Assembly: GCA_018817085.1 (NCBI GenBank)
Contig: JAHIUT010000038.1
Coordinates: 9,441-73,440 of the forward strand
Source of the DNA: Patescibacteria group bacterium
GTDB taxonomy: Bacteria; Patescibacteriota; WWE3; CG2-30-40-12
Reading direction: 5' to 3'
Length of the DNA: 64,000 nt
Below, piece after piece: positions 40,351-50,133 of the stretch. Numbering within the stretch: the first letter of the stretch is position 1; each line of letters opens with the position of its first letter. The notes below the pieces were generated by a model. It was not told where the DNA came from. It worked only from the letters and a program-made list of their open reading frames with translations, and did no database searches. Position numbers and translations under genes: made by a program.

Positions 40351-42081
40351 ATGAAGATAAAAAGACTGGACTCAAAAGTGTATAGAAAAATTGCGGCGGG
40401 AGAGGTGGTGGAAAGACCCGCTTCGGTAGTTAAAGAATTTGTTGAAAATTCAATTGACGCTAAAGCGGAAAGAATTGTGGTTGAAGTGGACAAAGGAGGG
40501 ATTGAAAGAATAAAAGTTTCGGATAACGGATTTGGGATTGAGAAGGAAGATATGCCCCTTGTTTTTGAACATCACGCCACCAGCAAGATTGAGACGGAGG
40601 AGGATTTATTAAATATAGAAAGTATGGGGTTTAGAGGAGAAGCTTTGTCGAGCGTTTCTTCAGTTTCTAAAGTAAGCTTAATATCCAAAACTAAAAAAGC
40701 TCAAACGGGATATTTTTACGCAGTTTCTGGGGGAGATTTTTTGGATAGTGGTACTAAAGCTTTTCAAGATGGGACAAGTATTGAAGTAAGAGACCTATTT
40801 TTTAATGTTCCGGCGCGAAAGAAGTTTTTAAAAACTCCATATACCGAGTTTTTGCACATAACACGCGTTTTTGTGGATTTGTGTTTGGCAAACATTAACA
40901 AAGATTTTAAGCTTATCCATAATGGCAGAGAAGTTTATAATTTAAGCGCGGTTTCAGACCTTTCTTTGCGGATTAAACAGCTTTTTGGAAAAAATGTTTA
41001 CGAAAATCTCATCCCTGTTTTTTGCGACCATCCTCATATTAAAATTTCGGGGTTTGTGGGCAAACCGCAAATGTCCTACGATTCCAAATCTAAGCAGTTT
41101 ATTATTGTTAACAACCGGCCTGTAAAAGATAGAATAATAAGCTCCGCGGTTAGAGAGGGTTTTGGGAGTTTAATAATGCATAGTGCTTCTCCTTTATATT
41201 TTATTAAAATTACTGCTCCGCTTGATTTTGTGGACGCCAACATTCATCCCCGAAAAGAGGAGGTTAGGTTTATTAACCCTAACTTAATATATTCTTTGGT
41301 TAAAAACACGATTTCACAGTCATTGTCCAAAGAAGATTTGTCGTTTAGACCGGAAGGAATGTCTTCGTACAAGTCGTCCAATGTTGAAAATGTTTCGGGC
41401 AGACAAGGTTACTACATACATGAAAAGGTTAGGGATGTTTCTTTCGCAAACCCCCTTTCTGTTTCAGATACATTAGAATTTTATTCGCAACTAGGAACGC
41501 AAGACACTTTTGAAGTTTTGGTGTTTAATAATTTGTATATTGTGGCAAATATTAACGATAGCTTGGAAATTTACGACCAGCATGCTTTGCATGAGCGGGT
41601 GCTGTACGAGAAGTTTAAAAAAGCGCTTTTAGAAAAAACACCGTCCTCGCAAGTTTTGTTAACCTCGCAATCGTTTGAGTTTGCGGAGGATGATTTTCAG
41701 ATTATTAATCGCAATCTCAAACTTTTTATAAAACTTGGTTTTGAGATAGAAGTTTGGGGGACGCGCGCGATAGAAATTAAAGCTATCCCGTCGTTTTTGG
41801 GCGCTAACTTTTCTGCGGTAACGAATATGCTTTGCGAGTTTGCGGAAGATTTAAAGGAGAAAAACAAGTTTAAAGGGGTAAGCAGTATGGAGGAAAAGGC
41901 GCTTTCCATTATGGCTTGTCGTTCCGCTGTTAAAGCGGGAGATAAATTAACTCATACCGAAGCTTTGGGGCTTTTAAAGGAGAATATTAAATTAAAAGGA
42001 ATATACACCTGCCCGCACGGAAGACCTTTTAAGATAAAAATAACAAAAGAGGATTTGGAAAAGATGTTTAAAAGGGTTTGA
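40351..42081 (+). CDS. mutL: DNA mismatch repair protein MutL
   Basis: IAAGEVVERP, GFRGEAL, DQHALHER endonuclease motif, ACR, CPHGRP. Confidence 0.97.
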   Translation: MKIKRLDSKVYRKIAAGEVVERPASVVKEFVENSIDAKAERIVVEVDKGGIERIKVSDNGFGIEKEDMPLVFEHHATSKIETEEDLLNIESMGFRGEALSSVSSVSKVSLISKTKKAQTGYFYAVSGGDFLDSGTKAFQDGTSIEVRDLFFNVPARKKFLKTPYTEFLHITRVFVDLCLANINKDFKLIHNGREVYNLSAVSDLSLRIKQLFGKNVYENLIPVFCDHPHIKISGFVGKPQMSYDSKSKQFIIVNNRPVKDRIISSAVREGFGSLIMHSASPLYFIKITAPLDFVDANIHPRKEEVRFINPNLIYSLVKNTISQSLSKEDLSFRPEGMSSYKSSNVENVSGRQGYYIHEKVRDVSFANPLSVSDTLEFYSQLGTQDTFEVLVFNNLYIVANINDSLEIYDQHALHERVLYEKFKKALLEKTPSSQVLLTSQSFEFAEDDFQIINRNLKLFIKLGFEIEVWGTRAIEIKAIPSFLGANFSAVTNMLCEFAEDLKEKNKFKGVSSMEEKALSIMACRSAVKAGDKLTHTEALGLLKENIKLKGIYTCPHGRPFKIKITKEDLEKMFKRV

Positions 42082-42106
42082 CACACGACCTGTAGTGTGG
42101 TATAAT
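42078..42106 (+). promoter_or_regulatory. Consensus sigma70 promoter with no full-length downstream gene
   Basis: TTGACA-17 bp-TATAAT with TG extension; ATG at 42113 opens only 16 codons. Confidence 0.7.
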
Positions 42107-42172
42107 TAACTTATGGAAAATTTCATAGGGGTGCGGGACCCCAAGAGAGGGTTCGACCCTTAAATCAGCCCT

Positions 42173-42403
42173 TTATACTTCTTTGAGTAATTCAAAATAC
42201 CTGTCCCGAGAAATTTTCGCCGTTCTCAAATTATTTAAGATAATAAAGACAGGTATGTCTTTTTTCTTGGGTATAACAATGCGCCTTATGAAGCCCGCTT
42301 TTTTAAGTTGGATGTGGTCTCCTGAAGTTCCAATATATTCCCAACCATCCATTCCAAATAATTTAACTAGAATTTTATAATTTTGGGGCGTTATTTTAGG
42401 CAT
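42173..42403 (-). CDS. HicA family toxin
   Basis: GW...SGDHIQL...IVIP; 76 aa. Confidence 0.85.
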   Translation of the reverse strand: MPKITPQNYKILVKLFGMDGWEYIGTSGDHIQLKKAGFIRRIVIPKKKDIPVFIILNNLRTAKISRDRYFELLKEV

Positions 42404-42698
42404 AAGCGTATTTATTGGATGTTTTAATAGGTAAAGAAAACAAGGAGAAATAAATTTCGGGTTTTTGCGAATCTGACGAGAACCCCGCTTCTTCCAGTAC
42501 CTTATATAAGGTTTTATCTTCAGTAGCCCCTTCTAAAAGAATATGGATAGCCTGCTTTAACATTCTCTGCGCTTCTTCTTGAGTTTTGCCACAAGAAGAT
42601 ATATCAAATTCGGGATTATACGCAACAAAAGGATATTCCTTGGAGCTGGCCTCTTTGAAAACTTTGATTGTTAATGTGAGGTCTGATATGTTTTGCAT
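42396..42698 (-). CDS. HicB-like antitoxin
   Basis: VAYNPEFDISSCGKTQEEA partial RNase H fold; overlaps the hicA start. Confidence 0.8.
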   Translation of the reverse strand: MQNISDLTLTIKVFKEASSKEYPFVAYNPEFDISSCGKTQEEAQRMLKQAIHILLEGATEDKTLYKVLEEAGFSSDSQKPEIYFSLFSLPIKTSNKYAYA

Positions 42699-42759
42699 TT
42701 TATAAAATTACCACAGTTTGCGCTTTTATACAAGGATATAAGAAAAAAGCAAATCCATT

Positions 42760-42852
42760 AGGGTATAAACCCTTCCGCCAGCTGGCGGAGGGTTTAACCC
42801 TTAATTACAATGTCCAAAAAGGGACTACCCCGATTCGGGGTAGTCCCTTTTT
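42760..42852. repeat. Cluster of REP-like palindromes (also a plausible terminator)
   Basis: AGGGTATAAACCCT-TCCGCCAGCTGGCGG-AGGGTTTAACCCT (42760-42801) and AAAAAGGGACTACCCCG-ATT-CGGGGTAGTCCCTTTTT (42816-42852). Confidence 0.8.
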
Positions 42853-42853
42853 T

Positions 42854-43918
42854 CTAAAGTATGGGTAAAAAGGATTTGAAGTTTGTTTCGTCCACCACAA
42901 CAACCCTTTCCCCTTGTTCTATAATGATTTTCGCTGATTTTCGGCAAACGCTTTCCAAAATCCTTTGCAAACTTCTAATACCCGAATCATATCCCAAAGG
43001 CCTTATTAGTTTTGGCCAAACCTCCTCTTTTATTTTGAGCTGTTCTGGCAAAATACCGCTTGTTCTCATAATTTTAGAAAGAAGATAATCCCTTGCGATA
43101 ATCTCTTTTTCTTTATCCGAATAAGACGGCATTCTTATTATTTCCAACCTATCCATTAAAGCCGCTGAAAAAGTTCCAATATTGTTCGCGCTTGAAATAA
43201 ACAAAACATTGGATAAATCTATTGGATAATCCACATAATGGTCAACAAAAGAGGTGTTTTGTTCCGGGTCTAAAATTTCTAAAAGAGCCGCCATCATATC
43301 GCTACGCAAACCCTGCTCTCCGCTTACCTTGTCCATTTCATCAAGAAGTATTAATGGGTTTCCTACTTTTGTTCTAACTAAAGCTTTTATAATTTGTCCC
43401 GGCTCGGCGGCGGGCAGAGATTTGCTTTTTCCTCTAAGTTCTAGTATAGAACCTAAAGCTCCCAGAGATATCCTAACAAATTTTCTGCCCAAAGCTTCGG
43501 CAATTGAACTTGCGAGTGTGGTTTTTCCAAGACCTTGCAAGCCCACTAAACATAAAACAGGCGCCTTTTCATAAGACGCAACTTTGTCTTTATTGATGAT
43601 TTTTAAATTCTCAACCGCTAAATACTCCAGAACTCGCTCCTTTACCTGTTCCAATCCATAATGGTTTTTATCCAACACCCCCTTGGCATTTTTCAAGTCC
43701 AAATTGTCCTTGGTTTTTCTGTCCCAAGGAATCTCGGTTATCCAGTTTATGTAATTTTCTATAACATCAAACTCGGAAGAATAAGTGTTTGTTTGGCTTA
43801 TGCGGTTTAACCTATCAAGCATTTGCAATACCCTTTCTTTAAGGTCCTTTGGCAAGGCGCAGGCATCCACTTTTTGGTTTAGACTTTTTAATTCCGCAAG
43901 CAGAGAATTTTTGGGCAT
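42854..43918 (-). CDS. Lon-like AAA+ ATPase lacking N-terminal and protease domains
   Basis: HYGLEQVKERVLEYLAV, GLQGLGKT, LLDEMDK, LLEILDPEQN, DRLE; ends right after the AAA lid. Confidence 0.85.
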   Translation of the reverse strand: MPKNSLLAELKSLNQKVDACALPKDLKERVLQMLDRLNRISQTNTYSSEFDVIENYINWITEIPWDRKTKDNLDLKNAKGVLDKNHYGLEQVKERVLEYLAVENLKIINKDKVASYEKAPVLCLVGLQGLGKTTLASSIAEALGRKFVRISLGALGSILELRGKSKSLPAAEPGQIIKALVRTKVGNPLILLDEMDKVSGEQGLRSDMMAALLEILDPEQNTSFVDHYVDYPIDLSNVLFISSANNIGTFSAALMDRLEIIRMPSYSDKEKEIIARDYLLSKIMRTSGILPEQLKIKEEVWPKLIRPLGYDSGIRSLQRILESVCRKSAKIIIEQGERVVVVDETNFKSFLPIL

Positions 43919-43924
43919 AATTTT

Positions 43925-44848
43925 TTAAAACTGCAAAATAACTCCTTTTCCGCTCTTTATTGCCACAAAAGCGTTTTTTCCTTTAGAATCTACTTTATCC
44001 TTATTGCCCACCTTTTCAAAAAGTGGCGTTAGTTTATTTATATCCCGATAAAACACTAAAGCCACGCCGTCCGTTGGCAGGTTTTTAACAGCCTCTACAA
44101 AAAAAGCGTCTTTAGACAAACTTAAAGAAATTCCCTTCTCCACATTTTCTATTTCATTTAATATATTAACATCGTTTGTGATAATCAAAAAGTCTCCTAC
44201 CAAAGATATTTCATATTCAAGGTCTTTTGTATTTATCTCCTCAAGTTTGGTTTGCAGAAACTCCTTGTTTTTAGTTTTTGCAATAAATGCCCACGACTTT
44301 TCTCTGCCAATGATGAAAAAAGAGGGTTCCAAAAAACTCGCTACCTCTTCCACAGAAAGACCGGTTAAATTGTTTATATCCACTTTGGAATCTTTCTCTA
44401 TAAAATTTTCGTAAAAAGAGCTTGGGTTGTTTAGAGCTATAAAAAAATCCACACTCACAGGAGAAATTTGGGACAATATATTTGCGTTAAACGCGCCGGG
44501 GGAAAGGGTTATGTCCAGATTCGCTAGGTCAATTTCAAACTTTTGGTCTTTTGATAAATCCACAGGGCTGATGATATCGTTGGACGGCTTTTTTTGATTT
44601 TTAAATTTAGTGTACCCAAAATATCCGCCCGCTAAAATTAACGCGAGAAAGAAAAATAAAAGGGCTGTTTTGGGAAATCTGCTTTTACAAGCAAGCGGTT
44701 GTTTTGGATTGCTTCCCGTTTCGTTTGCGGGAATTTTGCTTTCGTCGTTTTTACCGTCCATAATGCCTAAAACAGAACCGCAATGATAGCAAAAAAGAGC
44801 GGAGTCTGATCTTATGGTTTTATGACATTTAGGACAGGTTCTAAACAT
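43925..44848 (-). CDS. Zinc-ribbon plus TM hypothetical protein
   Basis: CPKC-X10-CYHCG, single TM. Confidence 0.75.
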   Translation of the reverse strand: MFRTCPKCHKTIRSDSALFCYHCGSVLGIMDGKNDESKIPANETGSNPKQPLACKSRFPKTALLFFFLALILAGGYFGYTKFKNQKKPSNDIISPVDLSKDQKFEIDLANLDITLSPGAFNANILSQISPVSVDFFIALNNPSSFYENFIEKDSKVDINNLTGLSVEEVASFLEPSFFIIGREKSWAFIAKTKNKEFLQTKLEEINTKDLEYEISLVGDFLIITNDVNILNEIENVEKGISLSLSKDAFFVEAVKNLPTDGVALVFYRDINKLTPLFEKVGNKDKVDSKGKNAFVAIKSGKGVILQF

Positions 44849-44857
44849 TTTTGCCGA

Positions 44858-47098
44858 TTATCTTCTAAAGGAAGGGCGTTTGTTAAGATCCCTTCTTGGA
44901 CCTTGGAAGTACGACCTCCCTCCAAAACCAGAGGTGGGTTTTGGCGCGGGTCTTTTCCTTTCGTAATTTTTGGAAGTTTCCTCCAACGCCTTTTTTGAAA
45001 GAGACATTTTTCCGTCTCGTTCCACATTGATTACTTTAACTTTTACAGTATCGCCCACCTTAAATAATTTATTAGGGTCGTCCACATACTCGTGCGAAAT
45101 CTCGCTTACATGCATAAGTCCTTCTTTATTTGGCAAAACTTCTACAATCGCCCCGAAATCGGCAACTCGTTTAATAACGCCATCAAAAACATCGCCTACT
45201 TTAACTTCTCTGATTATGCCTTCAACTAATTCCTTGGCTTTTTTAACCGACTCAATATCCACTCCGGCTATGCTTACAAAAGCGCTACCGTCGGCATTTT
45301 CCACCACATCCACGGTGGCTTTGCTTTTTGCCATAATCTCTCTTATGGTCTTTCCTCCCGAACCTATAACTAGCCCAATTTGGTCAGGGTTTATTTTAAC
45401 CTGTTCAATCCTAGGCGCGTATTTTGATACCTCATCTCTTGGCTTTTGTATGGCTTGGTCTATGAGGTCCAAAATCTTAACTCGCGCTGTTTGCGACCTT
45501 TCAAAAAGCTCGGCGAACAGTTTTAAGGGTATTCCGCTTAGTTTAATGTCCATTTGTATAGCGGTTACGCCTGTTCTCGTTCCTGCCATTTTAAAATCCA
45601 TAAAGCCATTAAAATCTTCCACCCCCGCCATATCCGTTAACAAAACGAACTTTTCTTGCTTTTCGTCTGTTATTAAACCAATAGCCACTCCCGCAACCGG
45701 CGCTTTTATGGGCACACCCGCATCCATTAACGAGAGTGTGGAACCGCAGGTTGCCGCCATTGAAGACGACCCGTTTTGTGATAAAATTTCCGATACCACT
45801 CGTATAGTGTAAGGAAATAGTTCTTTTGAAGGAATAACGGGAATCAGCGCTTTTTCGGCTAACGCCCCATGCCCAATTTCTCTTCTGCCGGGGGAGAATA
45901 TAGGTTTTATTTCGCCCAACGAATAAGGCAGACCATAATAATGGTGCATATACCTCTTGGTTTCTTCTCCGTACATATTTTGTATTAATTGTTCCAGCGA
46001 AGCGGAACCTAGTGTGGTTATTGATAATGATTGGGTTAAACCTCTTCTGAAAAACGCGCTTCCGTGAGTTCTTGGCAGGATACCCAATTCTATGGTTATT
46101 GGCCTTATTTCATCCAAATCTCTGCCGTCGGATCTTTTGCCTTTTTCCAAAACCAATTTTCTAACCGCCGCTTTTTCCAACTCCTCAAAGGCTTTGGTTA
46201 TATAAGCGCTGGAATACTTTTCTTGATACTTTTTGTGCATCTCGTTCAAAATGGTTGCCATAAGTTCCGCGGACTCTTTTTTATCTGAAGGGGTTTCAAC
46301 AAACTTTTCTATCTTTTCGTTAAAATCTTTTTTAACCGCATCTACTAACTTTTTTGGAAGTTTTACGGATACATATTCATATTTTTTATTTCCCACCTCT
46401 TTTGCAAAATCTTTTATAAGCGCGATAACTTTTTTATTCTCGTTATTTGCAAATTCTATGGCTTTAAGAATTTTTTCTTCCGGAATAATATTTGCCCCCG
46501 CTTCCATAGCGAGAACTTTATCGTTTTCTAAAGTTGAAATTATTAGATTTAAAGAAGAATTATCCAACTGTTCGTTTGTGGGGTTTAGGATAAAATTTTC
46601 GCCGTTCTCTTTTTCTATGGATACTCTTGCGGTTGCCATAGGACCGTTCCAAGGTATGTCCGAGGCGTACAAAGCCGCAGAAGCGCCAATCATTGCCGAA
46701 ACTTCGGCGTCGCTCACATGGTCTATGGACAAAGCGGTGGCAATAACTTGCACCTCATCCGCAAAATCTTTTGGAAAAAGAGGGCGTATGGCGTGGTCTA
46801 TAAGCCTTGCCACTATGGTAGCTTCGTCGGAAGGTCTGCCTTCTCTTTTAACAAATCGGGATGATTTAATTAATCCCCCCGCGTATAGTTTTTCTTGATA
46901 ATCAACTCTCAACGGGAAGAATTCCACTGTTTCGGGAGCGGTCTGTTTTTTAGAAACTGCGGTAACTAAAACTACGGTATCCCCATATCTAACGGTTACT
47001 GCCATATTTGCTAAAGGAGCAAAAACGCCTGTTTCTAAACTTAACTTTTTTCCCCCAACCTCAATTTCTTTTTTTATAGTGTTCATTTTATTTTCCAT
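44858..47098 (-). CDS. pnp: Polyribonucleotide nucleotidyltransferase
   Basis: FFPL.VDYQEK, RREIGHG, NGSSSMA, GFMDFK.AGT, KH and S1 domains. Confidence 0.97.
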   Translation of the reverse strand: MENKMNTIKKEIEVGGKKLSLETGVFAPLANMAVTVRYGDTVVLVTAVSKKQTAPETVEFFPLRVDYQEKLYAGGLIKSSRFVKREGRPSDEATIVARLIDHAIRPLFPKDFADEVQVIATALSIDHVSDAEVSAMIGASAALYASDIPWNGPMATARVSIEKENGENFILNPTNEQLDNSSLNLIISTLENDKVLAMEAGANIIPEEKILKAIEFANNENKKVIALIKDFAKEVGNKKYEYVSVKLPKKLVDAVKKDFNEKIEKFVETPSDKKESAELMATILNEMHKKYQEKYSSAYITKAFEELEKAAVRKLVLEKGKRSDGRDLDEIRPITIELGILPRTHGSAFFRRGLTQSLSITTLGSASLEQLIQNMYGEETKRYMHHYYGLPYSLGEIKPIFSPGRREIGHGALAEKALIPVIPSKELFPYTIRVVSEILSQNGSSSMAATCGSTLSLMDAGVPIKAPVAGVAIGLITDEKQEKFVLLTDMAGVEDFNGFMDFKMAGTRTGVTAIQMDIKLSGIPLKLFAELFERSQTARVKILDLIDQAIQKPRDEVSKYAPRIEQVKINPDQIGLVIGSGGKTIREIMAKSKATVDVVENADGSAFVSIAGVDIESVKKAKELVEGIIREVKVGDVFDGVIKRVADFGAIVEVLPNKEGLMHVSEISHEYVDDPNKLFKVGDTVKVKVINVERDGKMSLSKKALEETSKNYERKRPAPKPTSGFGGRSYFQGPRRDLNKRPSFRR

Positions 47099-47104
47099 GA
47101 ATTA

Positions 47105-47371
47105 TTATTTTGATAAACCAACTTTTCCTATAATTTTCCTATACCTGTCCTCGTCTTTTTTCCGAAGATATAAGAGGAGACGTCTTCTTTTATTTATCAT
47201 TTGAAGAAGACCGCGGCGGGAACTAAAATCTTTTTTATGCTCTTTTAAATGTCCGGTAAGATCTTTTATTCTATCACTTAATAATGCAATTTGCACCTCT
47301 GGAGACCCTGTATCTTTTTCATGAACAGCAAACTTTTTTAATATTTTTTTCTTTTCTTGCGTAGTTAGCAT
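47105..47371 (-). CDS. rpsO: 30S ribosomal protein S15
   Basis: [23 protein letters not shown]. Confidence 0.98.
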   Translation of the reverse strand: MLTTQEKKKILKKFAVHEKDTGSPEVQIALLSDRIKDLTGHLKEHKKDFSSRRGLLQMINKRRRLLLYLRKKDEDRYRKIIGKVGLSK

Positions 47372-47377
47372 TAAACT

Positions 47378-47406
47378 ATTTTACTATACTCCTTGGGTGT
47401 CTGCAA
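47378..47406 (-). promoter_or_regulatory. rpsO promoter (leaderless geometry)
   Basis: TTGCAG-17 bp-TAAAAT-6 nt-ATG on the minus strand. Confidence 0.6.
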
Positions 47407-47409
47407 TAC

Positions 47410-47545
47410 TCTTATTTTGTGAGCGAGAAAACTGTGTATCTTGCTAAACAGATGAAAGTTTAACTTCCTCGCGAAGCGAGCAAAAGAAGATACTGCGTGG
47501 CTTGCCGCGCAGAGCTTCATTTTTTAGGGGTATGTCCTCGCGTCA
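47410..47545 (+). ncRNA. Candidate structured non-coding RNA
   Basis: Nested end-to-end pairing plus two internal hairpins; mismatches resolve as G-U on the + strand. Confidence 0.3.
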
Positions 47546-47561
47546 TCCGCCCTGGGCGGAT

Positions 47562-48203
47562 CTATTCTTGTCCAAAGCCTAAAAGTAGCGCCTTTGCGGC
47601 GTTTTTATTGGGCTTAAATCCCCAAACAGCTAGTTTGTTATACATCAGTTCTGTTAAAGTGTCAAATTCCGGTTCGTTTATATTTATAGTTCCGAAATTG
47701 GCGGTTTCGTCTCGGTTATCTATGCTTAAGACGGGAGTTTTTCTAAAATATTCAGTATTTTCGTAATATACATTGCCCAGCTCGCCCAGATTTTTAGCTC
47801 CTATTACAATAATTAGGTCATAAGTTTCACCTGTTTTTGTAAAACTAACGCGATTTAAATCAAAACTTGAAGGAATAGGGGTAACCACCAAATTTAAAGT
47901 CTCGTCTTTTATGTAATAATTTATTTTTTCTACTGGGGTATCTTTGTAGTTTATGCCAACTACTAAACTTTTTTGGTCAAACACTTTTTTAATGTCTAAA
48001 AGGTTTTCAAATTCCTTAAGTTCAATTGGAAACTCTTTGGAATACAATAAAGAAACCTCCTTTGAAAGGTCTTTTATTATAAAACTTATCGCTAGCGCCG
48101 CGCTTAAAGCATCGGTTCTTTCTGTAGTATCGGGAATAACCAACACTTTTTTGGCGTTTTCAATAAGGTCCAAAACATGTTTTTTATCGTCTGATATAAG
48201 CAT
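47562..48203 (-). CDS. DHH/NrnA-like fold protein lacking the DHH motif
   Basis: DALSAALA, DLIIVIG, IDNR in place of IDHH, NFGTIN, AAKALL.G. Confidence 0.65.
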   Translation of the reverse strand: MLISDDKKHVLDLIENAKKVLVIPDTTERTDALSAALAISFIIKDLSKEVSLLYSKEFPIELKEFENLLDIKKVFDQKSLVVGINYKDTPVEKINYYIKDETLNLVVTPIPSSFDLNRVSFTKTGETYDLIIVIGAKNLGELGNVYYENTEYFRKTPVLSIDNRDETANFGTININEPEFDTLTELMYNKLAVWGFKPNKNAAKALLLGFGQE

Positions 48204-48280
48204 AATTTATCCTAGATAGTACATTGTACCAGTAAAACCCCCTCCCGTCAACCTATAAGAATGGAAGTTAGTTTCTAACA

Positions 48281-48310
48281 AAGGTTTATCCTTGTACAAG
48301 GATAAACTTT
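48281..48310. repeat. REP-like doubled 13-bp palindrome
   Basis: AAGGTTTATCCTT-GTAC-AAGGATAAACTTT. Confidence 0.7.
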
Positions 48311-48361
48311 ATTCTATAGGGCGGTGTCCTTTTTTTGGTTTTATTGTGGTAAAATCCAATT

Positions 48362-50116
48362 ATGGTTACCGTGTCCGAAGTTCGGGAAAAATATATAAAC
48401 TTTTTTGTAGGGAAAAATCACAAAATCATTCCTCCCGCTCCTATTGTTCCTAAAGACGACCCAACCACTTTGTTCACTTCTTCCGGTATGCAGGCGCTTG
48501 TCCCTTACTTAATGGGCAAACCGCATCCTCTTGGAAAGAGACTCGTCAATTCGCAACCGGTTATTCGTCTTGGCGATATAGATCTTGTGGGGGATTTTGG
48601 ACATCTCACCTTTTTTGAAATGTTGGGGAACTGGTCTTTGGGCGATTATTTTAAGAAAGAACAACTTGCCTATTTTTACGAATTTTTAACTAAAGAGCTT
48701 GGTTTTGAAAAGGAAAGACTTTTTGTAACATATTTTGAAGGAAGCAGATTTATTCCAAAAGATGAAGAAACTATCCTAACTTGGAAGAAGCTTGGAGTTA
48801 AGGACGACCATATTTACGGTTACTCTGTTGAAAAAAACTGGTGGTCTAGGTGCGGAACGCCTGATGAAATGAGTGTTGGTGAGATAGGGGGTACTGATTC
48901 CGAAGTTCTTTACGATTTTGGAAGTTCCCATAATGTCGCCTTTGGGGAAAAATGCCATCCTAACTGCGATTGCGGAAGGTTTTTGGAAATTGGAAACTCG
49001 GTTTTTATGGAGTATATAAAAAAAGAGGACGGTACTTTTGAAAAACTGCCTCAAAAGAATGTGGATTTTGGAGGAGGTCTTGAAAGGCTTACTTTTGTGG
49101 TTAACAACACGCCAGATATTTTTGAAATAGATGTTTTTCAAAAAATAATTCAAGAAATTGAAAAATTTTCAAAAAAGAGCTATTCGGACAAGTCCTTTGC
49201 TCCCGCTATTAGAGTAATGGCGGACCACATACGAGCGGCGGAGTTTTTAATATCCGCAGGCGTTGTTCCTTCTAATAAAGACCAAGGGTATATTTTGCGA
49301 AGGCTCATTAGACGATTTGCGGTTAAAATGGCGGGTCTTACGGGAAGTACATCCTCTTTGGAATTATTGAGAAAATCCTCTTTTGTTAGCAATTCTGTTT
49401 GCGAGGAGCTTAAAAAATTTTCGCTGGCATTAGATAAAGGTCTTAAAGTTTTGGAAAAAATGGTTAAAGAAACTCCTAGCGGGAACATTTTTTCTGGCGA
49501 AAAGGCGTTCTTGTTATACGAGTCCTACGGATTTCCCGTTGAAGTAACGGAGGAGCTTGTCCGCCAAAAAGGGTTTATTAAAGGTGTTGACACTAAAGAG
49601 TTTCTTGCTCAAAAAGAATATCATATAGAAGTGTCCAGAAAATTGTCCAAAGGATTATTTAAAAGCGGACTTGCCGATAAAAGCGAAGAAACCAAAAAAC
49701 TTCACACCGCCACCCATCTTTTGCATTCCGCTTTAAGAAAAGTTTTAGGAGAAGATATTGCGCAAAAAGGCAGTAATGTTACCGCCGAAAGATTGCGGTT
49801 TGATTTTTCCTATAACCGTCGTCTTACCGACGAAGAAATTTCCAAAGTGGTGGATATGGTCAACGAAATTATATCAAAAGGACTTATTGTCCAGTGCAAA
49901 GAAATGTCTCTTAAAGACGCGCAAGAATCGGGGGCGCTTGCTTTTTTTGGCGAGAAATATGGCGACAGGGTAACGGTTTATGAAGTAGGGGATTTTTCAA
50001 AGGAGCTTTGTGCCGGCCCTCATGTGGAAAACACCAGAGAGCTTGGAAAATTCAAGATAATTAAGCAAGAATCTGTTGGCAGTAATACTAGGAGAATAAA
50101 AGCAATTTTGCAATAA
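48362..50116 (+). CDS. alaS: Alanyl-tRNA synthetase (short form, no C-Ala domain)
   Basis: HLTFFEMLGNWS.GDYFK, DFGGGLER, HTATH, ELCAGPHV. Confidence 0.95.
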   Translation: MVTVSEVREKYINFFVGKNHKIIPPAPIVPKDDPTTLFTSSGMQALVPYLMGKPHPLGKRLVNSQPVIRLGDIDLVGDFGHLTFFEMLGNWSLGDYFKKEQLAYFYEFLTKELGFEKERLFVTYFEGSRFIPKDEETILTWKKLGVKDDHIYGYSVEKNWWSRCGTPDEMSVGEIGGTDSEVLYDFGSSHNVAFGEKCHPNCDCGRFLEIGNSVFMEYIKKEDGTFEKLPQKNVDFGGGLERLTFVVNNTPDIFEIDVFQKIIQEIEKFSKKSYSDKSFAPAIRVMADHIRAAEFLISAGVVPSNKDQGYILRRLIRRFAVKMAGLTGSTSSLELLRKSSFVSNSVCEELKKFSLALDKGLKVLEKMVKETPSGNIFSGEKAFLLYESYGFPVEVTEELVRQKGFIKGVDTKEFLAQKEYHIEVSRKLSKGLFKSGLADKSEETKKLHTATHLLHSALRKVLGEDIAQKGSNVTAERLRFDFSYNRRLTDEEISKVVDMVNEIISKGLIVQCKEMSLKDAQESGALAFFGEKYGDRVTVYEVGDFSKELCAGPHVENTRELGKFKIIKQESVGSNTRRIKAILQ

Positions 50117-50133
50117 ATTATAGAAAGAAAATT

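Noticed and set aside
47410-47545. Structured region as the S15 autoregulatory leader
   Set aside because: The best rpsO promoter lies between it and the ATG, and G-U pairing favours the opposite strand; kept only as an independent ncRNA candidate.
48362-50116. AlaRS lacking the C-Ala domain
   Set aside because: Short AlaRS forms are known in reduced genomes; catalytic and editing motifs are intact.
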